A stretch of DNA of 64,000 nt from a virus. Lineage: Duplodnaviria; Heunggongvirae; Uroviricota; Caudoviricetes. Below, piece by piece: positions 9,513 to 19,807 of this stretch; position 1 is the first letter of the stretch, and each line of letters opens with the position of its first letter. Both the position numbers and the translations under genes were made by a program. The notes beneath the pieces are model-generated. The model ran no database searches and was not told the DNA's origin. It worked only from the letters and a program-made list of their open reading frames with translations. The DNA is taken from positions 64,001 to 128,000 of the IMG/VR virus record IMGVR_UViG_3300037088_000797; one strand, 5' to 3'.

Positions 9513-12500
9513 TTATGTAGTATCAAAAGTTCTACCATCACCATAAGCAGTTCCCATACTATTGGTTGCATAAAATTTCCAAAACCAATATCCATGTGCT
9601 AATAAGGTTACATCAGTTTGAACGGTAAATGCTCCAGTGCCAGCAGTGGAAGCAATGCTTTTATGATCGGCAATTGTTGGGTTATTTTGTAACGCCCAGA
9701 CAGTACCACGTTCAGTAACTGGTTCTCCACCATCAGAGGTTACGTTTCCATTTGCAATCGAAACAACATGACCCTGTGGATTAAAACCAGCAGAAGATGT
9801 TACATAAACAACTGTTGGTATTGTTGCAGCATCTGTTGTAAAACTTACTTCATTACCATATGATGTACCAACTACACTTGTAGCAAATGCACGAACATGA
9901 TATGTAGTGTTTGGCGACAAACCAGTAATTAAACAACCAGTAAATGCACCGCTTCCGCTACCACTTGTAATAACATTATTTGCAAGTGTTGGTGCTGGTG
10001 CTAAACTCCAAACAATTCCACGTGAAGTTACTGATTGAGTGCCTTCAGATGTTACATTTCCACCACCAACACCAGAAGTTCGATCTATTGATGTTATTGC
10101 ATCTGTTGTAACTGTTGGTGCAACAGGTGTAATAGCAGCAGTTGAAATTTGAAGTGGAAGTCCAGTATAAGCAATACCACCAACCATCATATATGCACGA
10201 TAATAATATAATGTGCTTGGAGATAAACCATTGATCACATAAGTATAGAAATTACCGCTTAATCCACCTGCGATGAGTGGTGTTGTTGTCCATGTTACAT
10301 TATTTGTACTATATTGCATACCATGCCACTCAATTAAACTTAAACTTGGAGCAATAATAAATTGACCACCAGTGGTTATTGAATTACTATCAAGATCAGT
10401 AAATGGCGTTGTTGTTATTGAAGGCACAATCACCGCAGCAGGTGTTGTAAAGCTAATTTCATCACCATAACCAATTCCAATGCCGTTAATTGCATATGCA
10501 CAAACATAATAAGTTGTATTTGGCAATAATCCTGTTAATACGCTAACAAATGTGCCATTTCCAACACCATTATTTGTATGACTATCTCCAATTTGTGGAG
10601 TTGGCGAAGTACTCCAACAAATACCACGTTGTGTAACTGCTGCACCACCGTTTGAAGTTACATTACCACCACCAGTTGCACCAGTTTGTGTAATGTTTGT
10701 TATTGCTGCAGTAATAACTGTAGGTAATGTTGCTATAGGTGATGGTTGTCCTTGTCCTATCATAAATGTAGCACCATCATCACCAAAATATCGAACCATT
10801 AAATTTCCTCTTGTGTCAAATGTGATTGAACCCCCCGAATATAGATTCACGCCTCTTTTATATGCAAATTTCTGTTTTGTAAAGACAGTATTTCTAACCA
10901 ATAAACCGCTTCTTTTTAATATAACTGTTGCTGCTAATAATTCATCAACAAATCTTTGGAAAAATGAATTATATTTACTAAGAAATCCATATAAATTTTC
11001 AAAAGTATAACCATTTGAATGTAAAGGATTGCTTTCTGGCAATAATCCTCTCTTAAGATATTGTATATAAACATTAAGCAATGTCGGATACCAGCCACCT
11101 TTAAAATCAGTAACTGTTTTTCTGGTTCTTGCATTTATCATTTTTCTTTGAATAAGTTCAATAAATTCGAGAAACGATAATTTGCTTATATCTCCAACTC
11201 CAAAAACATCATTTATGATTGGATTAAAGAATGAACTAACAGCAACAAGATAATATACACTAATAACACTACCATATTTAATACCCTTCGGTAAAAATAC
11301 TTCATAAGGATTCTGTTGATTAATACTATAATCACCACCAATACCATTACTATCTGGTGGTTCTAATGCTATGCCGTCAATTAAAAACTTAATTTCTGAT
11401 GCATTATTTGCTTTGTAATTAAGTTTATAAACATATTTATTTGCTGAAACATTGTAATATATTTTACCAGTATTAAAACTATCAACTCTCATTACTTCAT
11501 TTCTTGCATTAATTTCATTACTACCTACCACTTGAACGTATGCTACTTGAACATACGCATTCGTAATTGTTTGGTTCATTACTGCCAAATATGAAATTAT
11601 TTCTGGATTTTGAATAATAATACTATTACTTCCACCAGTTGAATTTAACGGGTCGAGAATGTAATCCGCAGTGAATTGATTAGTGCCTTTTGTGAGTGCT
11701 ATGCCATTTACTGTTACCTGTACATCACCACGTGGAAAACTTGGCAACGGGATTGTCGTACCCAATAAAGTAGGATTAATCCTTGCTACGATATATTCAA
11801 CGGTAATGCCAGTAACAGGACGACTGCCACCAGAATAGATAAAAGTTGCTTGAATAACATCCCTGCGATTACCAGAATTTATTGCGGAAATTGCAGTAGC
11901 TGGATTTAAATAAATTATGTTGTTGTTAACAAAATATTCCCATGCAGAATCAGATGCTGCTGGAAAAGTACTACCATCATATGTATCGTTTGTGTTTAAT
12001 AAAATACCATTATAACGAACTTCCAATTTACCTTGAATCTTATTCACATTATATTGAAATGGAAGCGCAAATTGTGTTGCTGGTGAAGTATATCCCAATG
12101 ATACGTTCACATAAGAGAACGGAAGAGTATAACCAGTTGAATTGGCTGGGAAATCTGTATTTTTTATGTAATCATAAACATCATATTCAATACCACGTGC
12201 AGTATCTAATGCAATGTCCACTTCTTTTGTGTTTATAACCAACTTACTATCTTCTTGATGATATTGTGGTGTACTGTAATGAACTCTTGTGGTTGAACCA
12301 GCTTCTGCCCATGATTTTTTATTATCAACATTCTGTTTTAAATTAAAACCAACTTTACGAAATATATTTAAATATGCCTGACCAGCATCTGTATCACCAG
12401 AAATCTGAAAGAAAAAATCGCTGTTTTCTAATGGTGCTTTAGGATAACCATCGCTATCATATGGTAATGAATTGCTTGGAAAATCAGAAAGTTTAAATGG

Positions 12501-13982
12501 TACTGTATTGGGGTCTATTTTACCATCAACAGTATAAACGTATTCGGTGATATTAATGAATGGTTCTGGGATACCAATTAAAAGAAACATTGATTTTATT
12601 GCTTCTCTTGTACCCTTTGACTTCCAGAAATAGCTGGTATTCATTATTGTTCTTCTCCAGAGTTCAATATTAATTTCTGCTGGCATTAAATCGGTATCAA
12701 GATTTCTTTCAGTATCATCAAGGCTAAGAAAACTATTCATCAGTTCACTTTCGTTAACTAATGAGAAATAATTCCATCCAAATGTTCTTGACATGTTCAT
12801 TATTAACTGATCAGGTACGTTATTAACCTTATCATATGAAACACGATTAATATTAACTAAAGAATCAATAAATTGTTTTATTTGATCAAATTCTCTACCA
12901 TATAATCTCAAAAGTTTGGTCATTTTACCGTCTTCTGTAAGGTCATATGTTTTAATTGAATCAGGAGTAAGAAATCTTGCAACTAAATCTGTTTTAATTG
13001 CATCATATTTACTGCCAATTGCAAGAACAATATTCAAAAAATTACTATATTTTGGTGTATTGATATCTACATTATAATTATCACTTGTTACCCACAACAT
13101 AGAGGTATTTGAATATGAAATACTTCCATTATCAAGTAACGTTGGGTCTTTTAATGTAAATTTGAATCCAGTTGTATTACCAGTTACTCTTTGTGAAACA
13201 ATATATCTCTCATAATCATTTAATAATGATCTAAAGTTTTCAAAAACTATATTGTTTGGTTTAATATGAAAATCAATACTACCTGTTGTCCCAGAACCCG
13301 TTGCACCAGTTATTGTTGGAAATGGATTACCAATTGTTTGAACTGTAATATACTTTCTATATGAAGTATAGCCAGTATAACCAATAAGAGTATATGAATT
13401 ACCAGTTGAATTAATTGAAGACCAAACAACATATTTATCATATGAAAGATTCAGGTTTTTAATTATGTTATTATCAGGACTGCTTATATTTCCATAATTA
13501 ATTGCCAAACCAAATGTGTTAACAGTACATCCTGTTGGTATTCTAAAGGTTGAAATATTTGTGATTGGGTCATAAACAAAATTGGTGAGTGTGATTGTAC
13601 CTATACGTTTAAGCTGTGAATTCATGAACAAACTGCCCGGATATGCCACAATAATGTTCTGTATCGATACTCTTAAGAATTCATATGCTGAACCAAATCT
13701 CACAAAGGTATTTAGGTCTGATTTATCCAGATTTAACACCGCATTTGTATTATATTGATGTATAACGTCTGATTGTGTCTGTGTCAATCCCATTGTTTCC
13801 AATGTAACTGGACGTACAAATGAACTTAATGTATTTGAATAATCAATTGGTACTCTACCCTCAAAATTTGATGTAACAGTAAAACTACCAAAACTGAATA
13901 TAGTTTCAGATGTTGTATTATTAAAGTTAGTCCCGTTTAAATTCTGGTCAAGACCTGTATTTACTACTTTTACTTTTGCCAC
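9513..13982 (-). CDS. large baseplate wedge-like protein (P2 gpI-like core) with C-terminal FN3 repeats
   Basis: LLRLYGREFD...VPDQL...FGW...ELWRR...YFWKSKGTREAIK wedge-like segment; C-terminal PTVxT..IT.I....A.GGGNVTS.G...VT.RG..WS....P...TTYYV.AYA.N..G..YG....FTT repeats; GTG start. Confidence 0.65.
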   Translation of the reverse strand: MAKVKVVNTGLDQNLNGTNFNNTTSETIFSFGSFTVTSNFEGRVPIDYSNTLSSFVRPVTLETMGLTQTQSDVIHQYNTNAVLNLDKSDLNTFVRFGSAYEFLRVSIQNIIVAYPGSLFMNSQLKRIGTITLTNFVYDPITNISTFRIPTGCTVNTFGLAINYGNISSPDNNIIKNLNLSYDKYVVWSSINSTGNSYTLIGYTGYTSYRKYITVQTIGNPFPTITGATGSGTTGSIDFHIKPNNIVFENFRSLLNDYERYIVSQRVTGNTTGFKFTLKDPTLLDNGSISYSNTSMLWVTSDNYNVDINTPKYSNFLNIVLAIGSKYDAIKTDLVARFLTPDSIKTYDLTEDGKMTKLLRLYGREFDQIKQFIDSLVNINRVSYDKVNNVPDQLIMNMSRTFGWNYFSLVNESELMNSFLSLDDTERNLDTDLMPAEINIELWRRTIMNTSYFWKSKGTREAIKSMFLLIGIPEPFINITEYVYTVDGKIDPNTVPFKLSDFPSNSLPYDSDGYPKAPLENSDFFFQISGDTDAGQAYLNIFRKVGFNLKQNVDNKKSWAEAGSTTRVHYSTPQYHQEDSKLVINTKEVDIALDTARGIEYDVYDYIKNTDFPANSTGYTLPFSYVNVSLGYTSPATQFALPFQYNVNKIQGKLEVRYNGILLNTNDTYDGSTFPAASDSAWEYFVNNNIIYLNPATAISAINSGNRRDVIQATFIYSGGSRPVTGITVEYIVARINPTLLGTTIPLPSFPRGDVQVTVNGIALTKGTNQFTADYILDPLNSTGGSNSIIIQNPEIISYLAVMNQTITNAYVQVAYVQVVGSNEINARNEVMRVDSFNTGKIYYNVSANKYVYKLNYKANNASEIKFLIDGIALEPPDSNGIGGDYSINQQNPYEVFLPKGIKYGSVISVYYLVAVSSFFNPIINDVFGVGDISKLSFLEFIELIQRKMINARTRKTVTDFKGGWYPTLLNVYIQYLKRGLLPESNPLHSNGYTFENLYGFLSKYNSFFQRFVDELLAATVILKRSGLLVRNTVFTKQKFAYKRGVNLYSGGSITFDTRGNLMVRYFGDDGATFMIGQGQPSPIATLPTVITAAITNITQTGATGGGNVTSNGGAAVTQRGICWSTSPTPQIGDSHTNNGVGNGTFVSVLTGLLPNTTYYVCAYAINGIGIGYGDEISFTTPAAVIVPSITTTPFTDLDSNSITTGGQFIIAPSLSLIEWHGMQYSTNNVTWTTTPLIAGGLSGNFYTYVINGLSPSTLYYYRAYMMVGGIAYTGLPLQISTAAITPVAPTVTTDAITSIDRTSGVGGGNVTSEGTQSVTSRGIVWSLAPAPTLANNVITSGSGSGAFTGCLITGLSPNTTYHVRAFATSVVGTSYGNEVSFTTDAATIPTVVYVTSSAGFNPQGHVVSIANGNVTSDGGEPVTERGTVWALQNNPTIADHKSIASTAGTGAFTVQTDVTLLAHGYWFWKFYATNSMGTAYGDGRTFDTT

Positions 13983-13998
13983 GAAAATTCTATTTTAC

Positions 13999-14007
13999 TA
14001 TAAATAC
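13999..14007 (-). promoter_or_regulatory. putative late promoter motif GTATTTATA
   Basis: 17 nt upstream of the GTG at 13982. Confidence 0.6.
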
Positions 14008-14010
14008 AAC

Positions 14011-14044
14011 AAAAAAAAATCCCAATGCACATCATTGAGATTTT
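14011..14044 (-). terminator. intrinsic terminator
   Basis: Minus strand aaaatctcaatg-atgtg-cattgggatttt followed by a U-run, downstream of 14090. Confidence 0.65.
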
Positions 14045-14089
14045 AAGGTCAGAATTTTAATAAACATTAAATAATTGATTTTTTAATGT

Positions 14090-15025
14090 TTATTGTACTC
14101 CTTGGGTTACATCAGTGAAGTTTTGTGTTTCATCAATGGTTGTCCTCTGTTCTTTGATTTCAAATAACGGTACGTTGGTAACGTCATCTTTAATTTCATA
14201 TAGATTATCTTGTCTCATAATAACTCTATTTTCGTCAAAATATGTTAAAATACCGTTCTGAACATCTTTAATTTGTTCGCCAGCAATATAATTTGTTAAA
14301 GTATCAATCGTGTTTTGAACTAATTCAACTTCCAGCACAAGCGGTGAAAAATATGTGTTAGTAATTAAAATAATACCACCTGTGTTGCCAATAAATGGCA
14401 ATACATTTGGTTTAACGTCTGAAGAACTACTTGGAGTAAGTTGTAAGAACATCAGCGTACCTGAGTCATCAAAACGATATCTAACAGCTTTCTGTGAAGT
14501 GTTACCTACGTTTTCACTAACAGGAACAACTTTATTTGCAGTAACGACATATCGTACAGTATTTCTTAATTTAGTACCGTCTGAATTAAGATACTCAATT
14601 TTGAAACCTTGTAAAGCGTTATTCGCTTTCAAATTTTCGGATAATTGTGTTGTACTTAAATCAATTACAATACCATTAATTGTTGGCAATGATGACAATA
14701 CACCGCAATCTACAATTGTTGACAAAATGAGTTTCGGTTTTATATAAATTGTGTAAATACCCAAATTATTAAATATTGTTGCAGGTAATCTTAAATTATA
14801 AAGTCCTTCTAATACGTTAGTGTTTTCAGCTAAACTTGGTGTGGAAACAGGTATTGCATTTGGGTCAGTTGCTGGTAAATAAGAATATGACAATAATTCA
14901 ACAGGGTTTAATTTAATAACATCTATATTATTAGTTTGTCTGTTGGGTGTATAATTGTAATACATGTCAATATCTTCGATACTAACGTCAGCACTGCGAG
15001 TAATTCCATAAATACCTGTCGCCAT
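14090..15025 (-). CDS. virion structural protein (baseplate/tail region)
   Basis: 311-aa beta-rich ORF inside the baseplate operon; no catalytic motifs. Confidence 0.55.
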   Translation of the reverse strand: MATGIYGITRSADVSIEDIDMYYNYTPNRQTNNIDVIKLNPVELLSYSYLPATDPNAIPVSTPSLAENTNVLEGLYNLRLPATIFNNLGIYTIYIKPKLILSTIVDCGVLSSLPTINGIVIDLSTTQLSENLKANNALQGFKIEYLNSDGTKLRNTVRYVVTANKVVPVSENVGNTSQKAVRYRFDDSGTLMFLQLTPSSSSDVKPNVLPFIGNTGGIILITNTYFSPLVLEVELVQNTIDTLTNYIAGEQIKDVQNGILTYFDENRVIMRQDNLYEIKDDVTNVPLFEIKEQRTTIDETQNFTDVTQGVQ

Positions 15026-15028
15026 AGT

Positions 15029-15862
15029 TTAAATTTTTATTAGTTCTTCTTTAGTTATTGAGCATTTAGTTCTTTTCGTAACGTTTTCTTCCCAAGGTAT
15101 AAATACAAGATTATTTAAACTTGCAATTATCTCAGGATTAATATTGTTTTTAAAGCCTTCTAAAATTGAATATTTATGATCTAAATGATGTGCACCAATT
15201 TTACCACTAATTCCTCTTTTTTCATAATTCTCCAATAAAGAAATTGGCTGTCTGCTGGTTAATTTATTAACTTCTCGTTTATATTTTTCTTGTTTTGGTA
15301 AATTCAGTAAATATGTATCATAATCTACTCCACTATATCTTTTAACTAATCCAACTGATGTCCCTTCACTATTGCATCTTCTATAATTAGTTGTAGATAG
15401 GTATTTATTAATAAAAGATGGTGTCATATTATATATCTTGGCGATTTCTTCACAGTTTTTGTATTCGTTTAAATATAAATGACGTATTTTTTCTTTTTGT
15501 TCTTGTGTTAAATTGATTTTAATGCCATTACTATATCCCGTTCTTAAAATATTCAAACCTCTTAATATTTTTATTATAGGTATTTTACTGACATTAAAAT
15601 ATTTTCCAATTTTTTCGGTACTTGAATTTTCAAGCAAATACATTTCTTTTATTTTCTCAATTTCATTGTCAGTAAATATTATTTTCACATTATCTCTATT
15701 TTCAATCCAAACATTTTTCTGAATAAGTATTTTTTTTATTACTTTTCTCACTATATTTAAATTATTGCTTATTTCAGTAAATGACATACCAGATTCATAT
15801 AATAAAACAATTTTATTGATTTCATCAACAGTATAATTATTTATGTATTTTCTGATCTTCAT
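15029..15862 (-). CDS. HNH-type homing endonuclease with N-terminal HTH repeats
   Basis: HLDHKYSILEGF..NI.PEIIASLNNL..IPWEENVTK at the C-terminus; three EKIxxxYL....S..EIA..Y HTH-like repeats; Lys/Ile-rich composition unlike its structural neighbours. Confidence 0.7.
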   Translation of the reverse strand: MKIRKYINNYTVDEINKIVLLYESGMSFTEISNNLNIVRKVIKKILIQKNVWIENRDNVKIIFTDNEIEKIKEMYLLENSSTEKIGKYFNVSKIPIIKILRGLNILRTGYSNGIKINLTQEQKEKIRHLYLNEYKNCEEIAKIYNMTPSFINKYLSTTNYRRCNSEGTSVGLVKRYSGVDYDTYLLNLPKQEKYKREVNKLTSRQPISLLENYEKRGISGKIGAHHLDHKYSILEGFKNNINPEIIASLNNLVFIPWEENVTKRTKCSITKEELIKI

Positions 15863-15863
15863 G

Positions 15864-16511
15864 TTATGTATTTTTTACTATATTAAAGAAATTACCAGCA
15901 GCGTATGTTTCAAGATCAGCTAAATTTCTTATATATTCTAATCTATAATTTCCATCAAATGCTGACAATTCTTGTCTTACTATAAATACGTCATTACTAA
16001 TTTCTGGGTTACTGATAATATTTTCTTTATTTGGGTCTTTATATATTGGTTTATTAATAAAATTCGGATTTTTATATCCTTGACTTGTGAAAGTAAAGGT
16101 AGAACCTGAAGTACTGCCAGTAAGAAGATCAACATATTTAATACCGCCAAGGTAATAAACAACCCTTATGTTTGGTATTGAAACATTCAGGTCTACTCCA
16201 TCATTGACATATGTACCACCACTAAAATATTGATCAGCAAATACGTTTGTTACCGCATATTTTCTAAGTTCTTGTAGTCTGCTTGTGCATTCACCAGTTA
16301 CGGTATATGGTGTGTATGTTATTGTCGTACCAGTAACTCCGCTAAGTGGATATGCGTCAAAAAAAGCTAAATTCTTTACTTCTTGATTTAATAATATTTT
16401 AAAAGTATACGTAGCACCAGTAGCAGGAATAATCACTCGACATGTTCCAGTACAACCAGTTGTAGTACCAGTCGTCATTATTCGAAGTACCGTTTTCTTT
16501 ATAAACTCCAT
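15864..16511 (-). CDS. virion structural protein (baseplate region)
   Basis: T/G-rich ORF translationally coupled (TAATG) to the baseplate J-like gene. Confidence 0.55.
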   Translation of the reverse strand: MEFIKKTVLRIMTTGTTTGCTGTCRVIIPATGATYTFKILLNQEVKNLAFFDAYPLSGVTGTTITYTPYTVTGECTSRLQELRKYAVTNVFADQYFSGGTYVNDGVDLNVSIPNIRVVYYLGGIKYVDLLTGSTSGSTFTFTSQGYKNPNFINKPIYKDPNKENIISNPEISNDVFIVRQELSAFDGNYRLEYIRNLADLETYAAGNFFNIVKNT

Positions 16512-18358
16512 TATGTTGTACTTTTTCTTAAGAACACTTTAATATCTTTTTCAGGATATTTAATTTCAAACATTGAGTCTGCACTTGAATATATGGTGTT
16601 GTTAATTATTTGTATTTCACCAGTAGCTGGGTCAATTGCCTGTGAAACAACGTTATTTGAATATTGACCACCAACTCTGTTAAAAACCTTAATTGTAATT
16701 ACGTTAATAACTCCATTTGCACCAAGTATTTCTCTTTGAAGTCTGCCAAGAAAAATATCTTGATTCATTTCATAATTATTAACATCTAAATAGTTTCTTA
16801 CAAGTGTAATAATGCTATTAGCAATCGTATTATCTGAAATATTATCAACATATACGTCAACTTCAAAAGCAAGATTGTAAATTTTACCGTCTTTTATTTC
16901 AACATAATCATTGATCATTCTAAACTGAGTAAGATATTCAGTAATATTTTCCTTTAAAAGTGTGTTGCTTGTATTTGATAATTTGCCGTCTGCACCTATG
17001 TCGAGAATCGATATAACTACCTTATTATTTACTTTAAAAGCATTGGCACGGAAGGGTGAGCCAAACTTACCGGGCATCTTATACATTTGCAACAGGTAAT
17101 CGCTCAATGATACGTCCCTGAATTGGCTTGAAAAGTTATATTTAATTAATTGTCTTATTTGTTCTACGCTTAATCCATCATTTCCACCGATAGCTGGGAT
17201 TGGATTGTTTGCTGCCAAACTTCTCTGTACTGTTTGATTATAATCCTGACGTGAACCAGTAACTGTTAGATTGTAACCACCAAGTTGTGTTAATGTAGTT
17301 GAACCAATATTAGAATTACTTCCGCCACCTGTTCTATATTGAACAAATAATGTATAGTTTGGTAATAGTTTTTCTCCAAGAGCAGTATTATTTAAAAAGT
17401 TTTCAAGAAAATAACGATTACTAACACCTTCTTTTAAAAAACCACTTTTAAATGCATTTACATCTGCATCACCAGAACCGAATATAATCTTACAATAACC
17501 GTTAGTTGTAAATTCTTTAATGAATTTTTTTGTTACGTCAATCCAAGTAGCTGCTTTAAGGTTATTTGTATTGCCATTTAATTGTGAATTACTTGGGTCT
17601 TGAACAAATACTCTTTGTTGTGCAAGAAAATCTACCTCATAATACTGTTGACCAGATTTAGCAAAGTCACTTGATGATGGCGTTGATGAATAGTTAGTCC
17701 CGGGCATCAGGTATATTGCCGTAATTTCAATTACATCTGGGTCAGGCAATGTTAAGGCAAAAAACGGTATAATGTCTGTTGATGAAATTGTTCTTTTGAA
17801 TACGCTTGTTGAACCATTGGTTACAACTTCTCTTTTGGTAATACTATAATTAATGATTGTACCGTTTGAATCTGTATTTGGTATGATTGAACGGTTAGGG
17901 TCACCCAAGTTACTTACTGCTGATTTCCAATCAATACTGTCAGTGGTTTCGAAGATTTTACCACCCCCAAGTACTTGTGCACCTGCTGCTAATGTAGGAT
18001 AATAAGAACTATCTGGACTGTCACCAAGAACAGGAATTGTTACCGTAAAATCTACTACTGTAACAGAAGGTCTTCTTGCTGGGATATTGAAACCCATATT
18101 TTTTGCAAGATTTAAAATTGATGCTCTTTGTTGTGCATATTCTAATTGAGTTTCCTGAAATGCCCTGTCTGTATTAACGGCTAAGTTATTACCAACACCA
18201 GCATTGAGGTCTAACATTATAGCACCAACACTTGAATCAGTGAAGTCGCTGAGTACTTCTGGGTATGTCTGTCTGATTAATGAAACTAAATCTGATCTAA
18301 TTTCTCCGAAAGTCCTGCTTCCGTATTGTACCACGTTTGTTGTTGTATCTACTGCCAT
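16511..18358 (-). CDS. baseplate wedge protein (T4 gp6 / P2 gpJ-like)
   Basis: RTFGEIRSDL...YPE..SDF..SSVG..MLDL.A.VG.NL....DR..QET.LEYAQQR.S N-terminus; YRTGGG..SN; N.IPAIGG.D...VEQIR..I..NF.SQ.R.V...DY. Confidence 0.8.
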   Translation of the reverse strand: MAVDTTTNVVQYGSRTFGEIRSDLVSLIRQTYPEVLSDFTDSSVGAIMLDLNAGVGNNLAVNTDRAFQETQLEYAQQRASILNLAKNMGFNIPARRPSVTVVDFTVTIPVLGDSPDSSYYPTLAAGAQVLGGGKIFETTDSIDWKSAVSNLGDPNRSIIPNTDSNGTIINYSITKREVVTNGSTSVFKRTISSTDIIPFFALTLPDPDVIEITAIYLMPGTNYSSTPSSSDFAKSGQQYYEVDFLAQQRVFVQDPSNSQLNGNTNNLKAATWIDVTKKFIKEFTTNGYCKIIFGSGDADVNAFKSGFLKEGVSNRYFLENFLNNTALGEKLLPNYTLFVQYRTGGGSNSNIGSTTLTQLGGYNLTVTGSRQDYNQTVQRSLAANNPIPAIGGNDGLSVEQIRQLIKYNFSSQFRDVSLSDYLLQMYKMPGKFGSPFRANAFKVNNKVVISILDIGADGKLSNTSNTLLKENITEYLTQFRMINDYVEIKDGKIYNLAFEVDVYVDNISDNTIANSIITLVRNYLDVNNYEMNQDIFLGRLQREILGANGVINVITIKVFNRVGGQYSNNVVSQAIDPATGEIQIINNTIYSSADSMFEIKYPEKDIKVFLRKSTT

Positions 18359-18368
18359 GTTTTATATC

Positions 18369-18767
18369 TTAAAAGTTTATATCTAATTCTCCATTTTCAC
18401 TAAATGCATCTTCACTAAATGTAAATTTAATGTTTACGTTTAACTGGTTCTCAGATATTGGTTGACCATTATCGTCTAAATTCCAGTTAAATGTTACCTG
18501 ATTGATCGTAAGTGCTGGTATATATAAGGATACTGTTGTTTTTATTTCCTGTTCAACATCACTCGCATTTAAGTTATCATTAGGTTCGAAAATGTATTTT
18601 AATAAATTAGTCCCATAGTCAGGTTCATAATATCTTTCTCCTTTTCCTGTAAGTAATAATAACAATAAATCAGAACTGAAGGCATCTTTAGTTACTTTAC
18701 TCATTAAAAAATAACTATTTGTTGCCATGTCATCGTTAAGCGGAAAGGTAATATTATATGAAGCCAT
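18369..18767 (-). CDS. baseplate wedge subunit, T4 gp25 / gpW-like
   Basis: LLLLLLTGKGERYYEPDYGTNL..YIFEP...IKTTV..YIP motif. Confidence 0.85.
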   Translation of the reverse strand: MASYNITFPLNDDMATNSYFLMSKVTKDAFSSDLLLLLLTGKGERYYEPDYGTNLLKYIFEPNDNLNASDVEQEIKTTVSLYIPALTINQVTFNWNLDDNGQPISENQLNVNIKFTFSEDAFSENGELDINF

Positions 18768-18800
18768 TATATAAGATTTTCTAATAAATACTTATAAATA

Positions 18801-18830
18801 AAAAATCCCAACAGTAGTGTGTTGGGATTT
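18801..18830 (-). terminator. intrinsic terminator
   Basis: Perfect 11-bp stem aaatcccaaca/tgttgggattt, 6-nt loop, U-run on the minus strand. Confidence 0.7.
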
Positions 18831-18854
18831 GTCATAAATTAGGTCTGATTTTAA

Positions 18855-19319
18855 TTAAAAGGCTTTCTTAAACTTACCTTTCTTTTCTTTCTTTTGTGAT
18901 TTTTCTTCGTTTTCTTTCTGCTTTTGAGCATCGTAGAGACTCTTTATTGATTCATGAAGAACAATGATAGGGTCGTGTCCGAACTTCTCTAAAACGCCTC
19001 TGTAGGTACTAAAATTTGGTTTCTCCAGAGTTATCTTATCATTTTCGTCAACTATAACCCCTGCAAGGCATTCTACAATTGCCATTTCTTTCATATCATC
19101 TGGTAATTGATCAAAGATGTCTTCGTTAAATACCACTGCGAAGTTAAGTCCGTCTGTAAGTATTTCAACAATTTCATTTGCTTTAACAATTTTGTAAAGT
19201 TCTTTCTGTTTATTATTACAGAGAACTTCAAATTTCAACCAGTCCTTAATAGTTGTTGTGTCTTTAACCTTATCAAAAAGGTCTTCCATTTCTTGTGATG
19301 CTTTTTCAATTTTTGCCAT
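18855..19319 (-). CDS. putative phage metallopeptidase-like protein, apparently lacking HExxH
   Basis: EDIFDQLPDDMKEMAIVECLAGV...KPNFSTYRGVLEKFG follows the family pattern W..L...K.ALIDHELxH...HDVEEF..IV.RYG without the His ligands. Confidence 0.45.
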   Translation of the reverse strand: MAKIEKASQEMEDLFDKVKDTTTIKDWLKFEVLCNNKQKELYKIVKANEIVEILTDGLNFAVVFNEDIFDQLPDDMKEMAIVECLAGVIVDENDKITLEKPNFSTYRGVLEKFGHDPIIVLHESIKSLYDAQKQKENEEKSQKKEKKGKFKKAF

Positions 19320-19330
19320 AAAATTTAATT

Positions 19331-19795
19331 TTAATTGTTAATAATAGTACTATATTTATTTTTAAGTTCTTCAAGTTTTGCTATTAAATCTTTAAATGCA
19401 GGGTCTGCTTCTGCAATCTCTTTTTTAAATTTTTCTTCAAGTTCAGTAATAAAAGAAAACATATCCTGAACGCTAAGTTTTACAAGGTCTTCAATATCAA
19501 CTAATGTTACGACTTGTAAATTAATAGCATCTTGTTTCTTAATCTCTGCCATTTTCTTTTCATATTCAGAATTAAGTTTCAATGCTTCTTCTTCAGTAAC
19601 ACTTTTAGTGCCAGATTCCTGTACTCGTTTATCAATACTGTTTTGAAGTTCTTTCAGGTCTTCTTCACTTTTAAAGCCACCAACAGGTACTTTAGTCTCA
19701 GCAAGTTTACTGATTTCAATTATTTTTTTTGCTGCTTCTGAGTTAAATTCACCCTTATCTACAGAATTTTTTAGGTTTTCTAAAAATGGATTCAT
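19331..19795 (-). CDS. hypothetical alpha-helical/coiled-coil protein
   Basis: 154-aa E/K-rich ORF in operon context. Confidence 0.6.
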   Translation of the reverse strand: MNPFLENLKNSVDKGEFNSEAAKKIIEISKLAETKVPVGGFKSEEDLKELQNSIDKRVQESGTKSVTEEEALKLNSEYEKKMAEIKKQDAINLQVVTLVDIEDLVKLSVQDMFSFITELEEKFKKEIAEADPAFKDLIAKLEELKNKYSTIINN

Positions 19796-19807
19796 ATTTA
19801 TTCGGTT

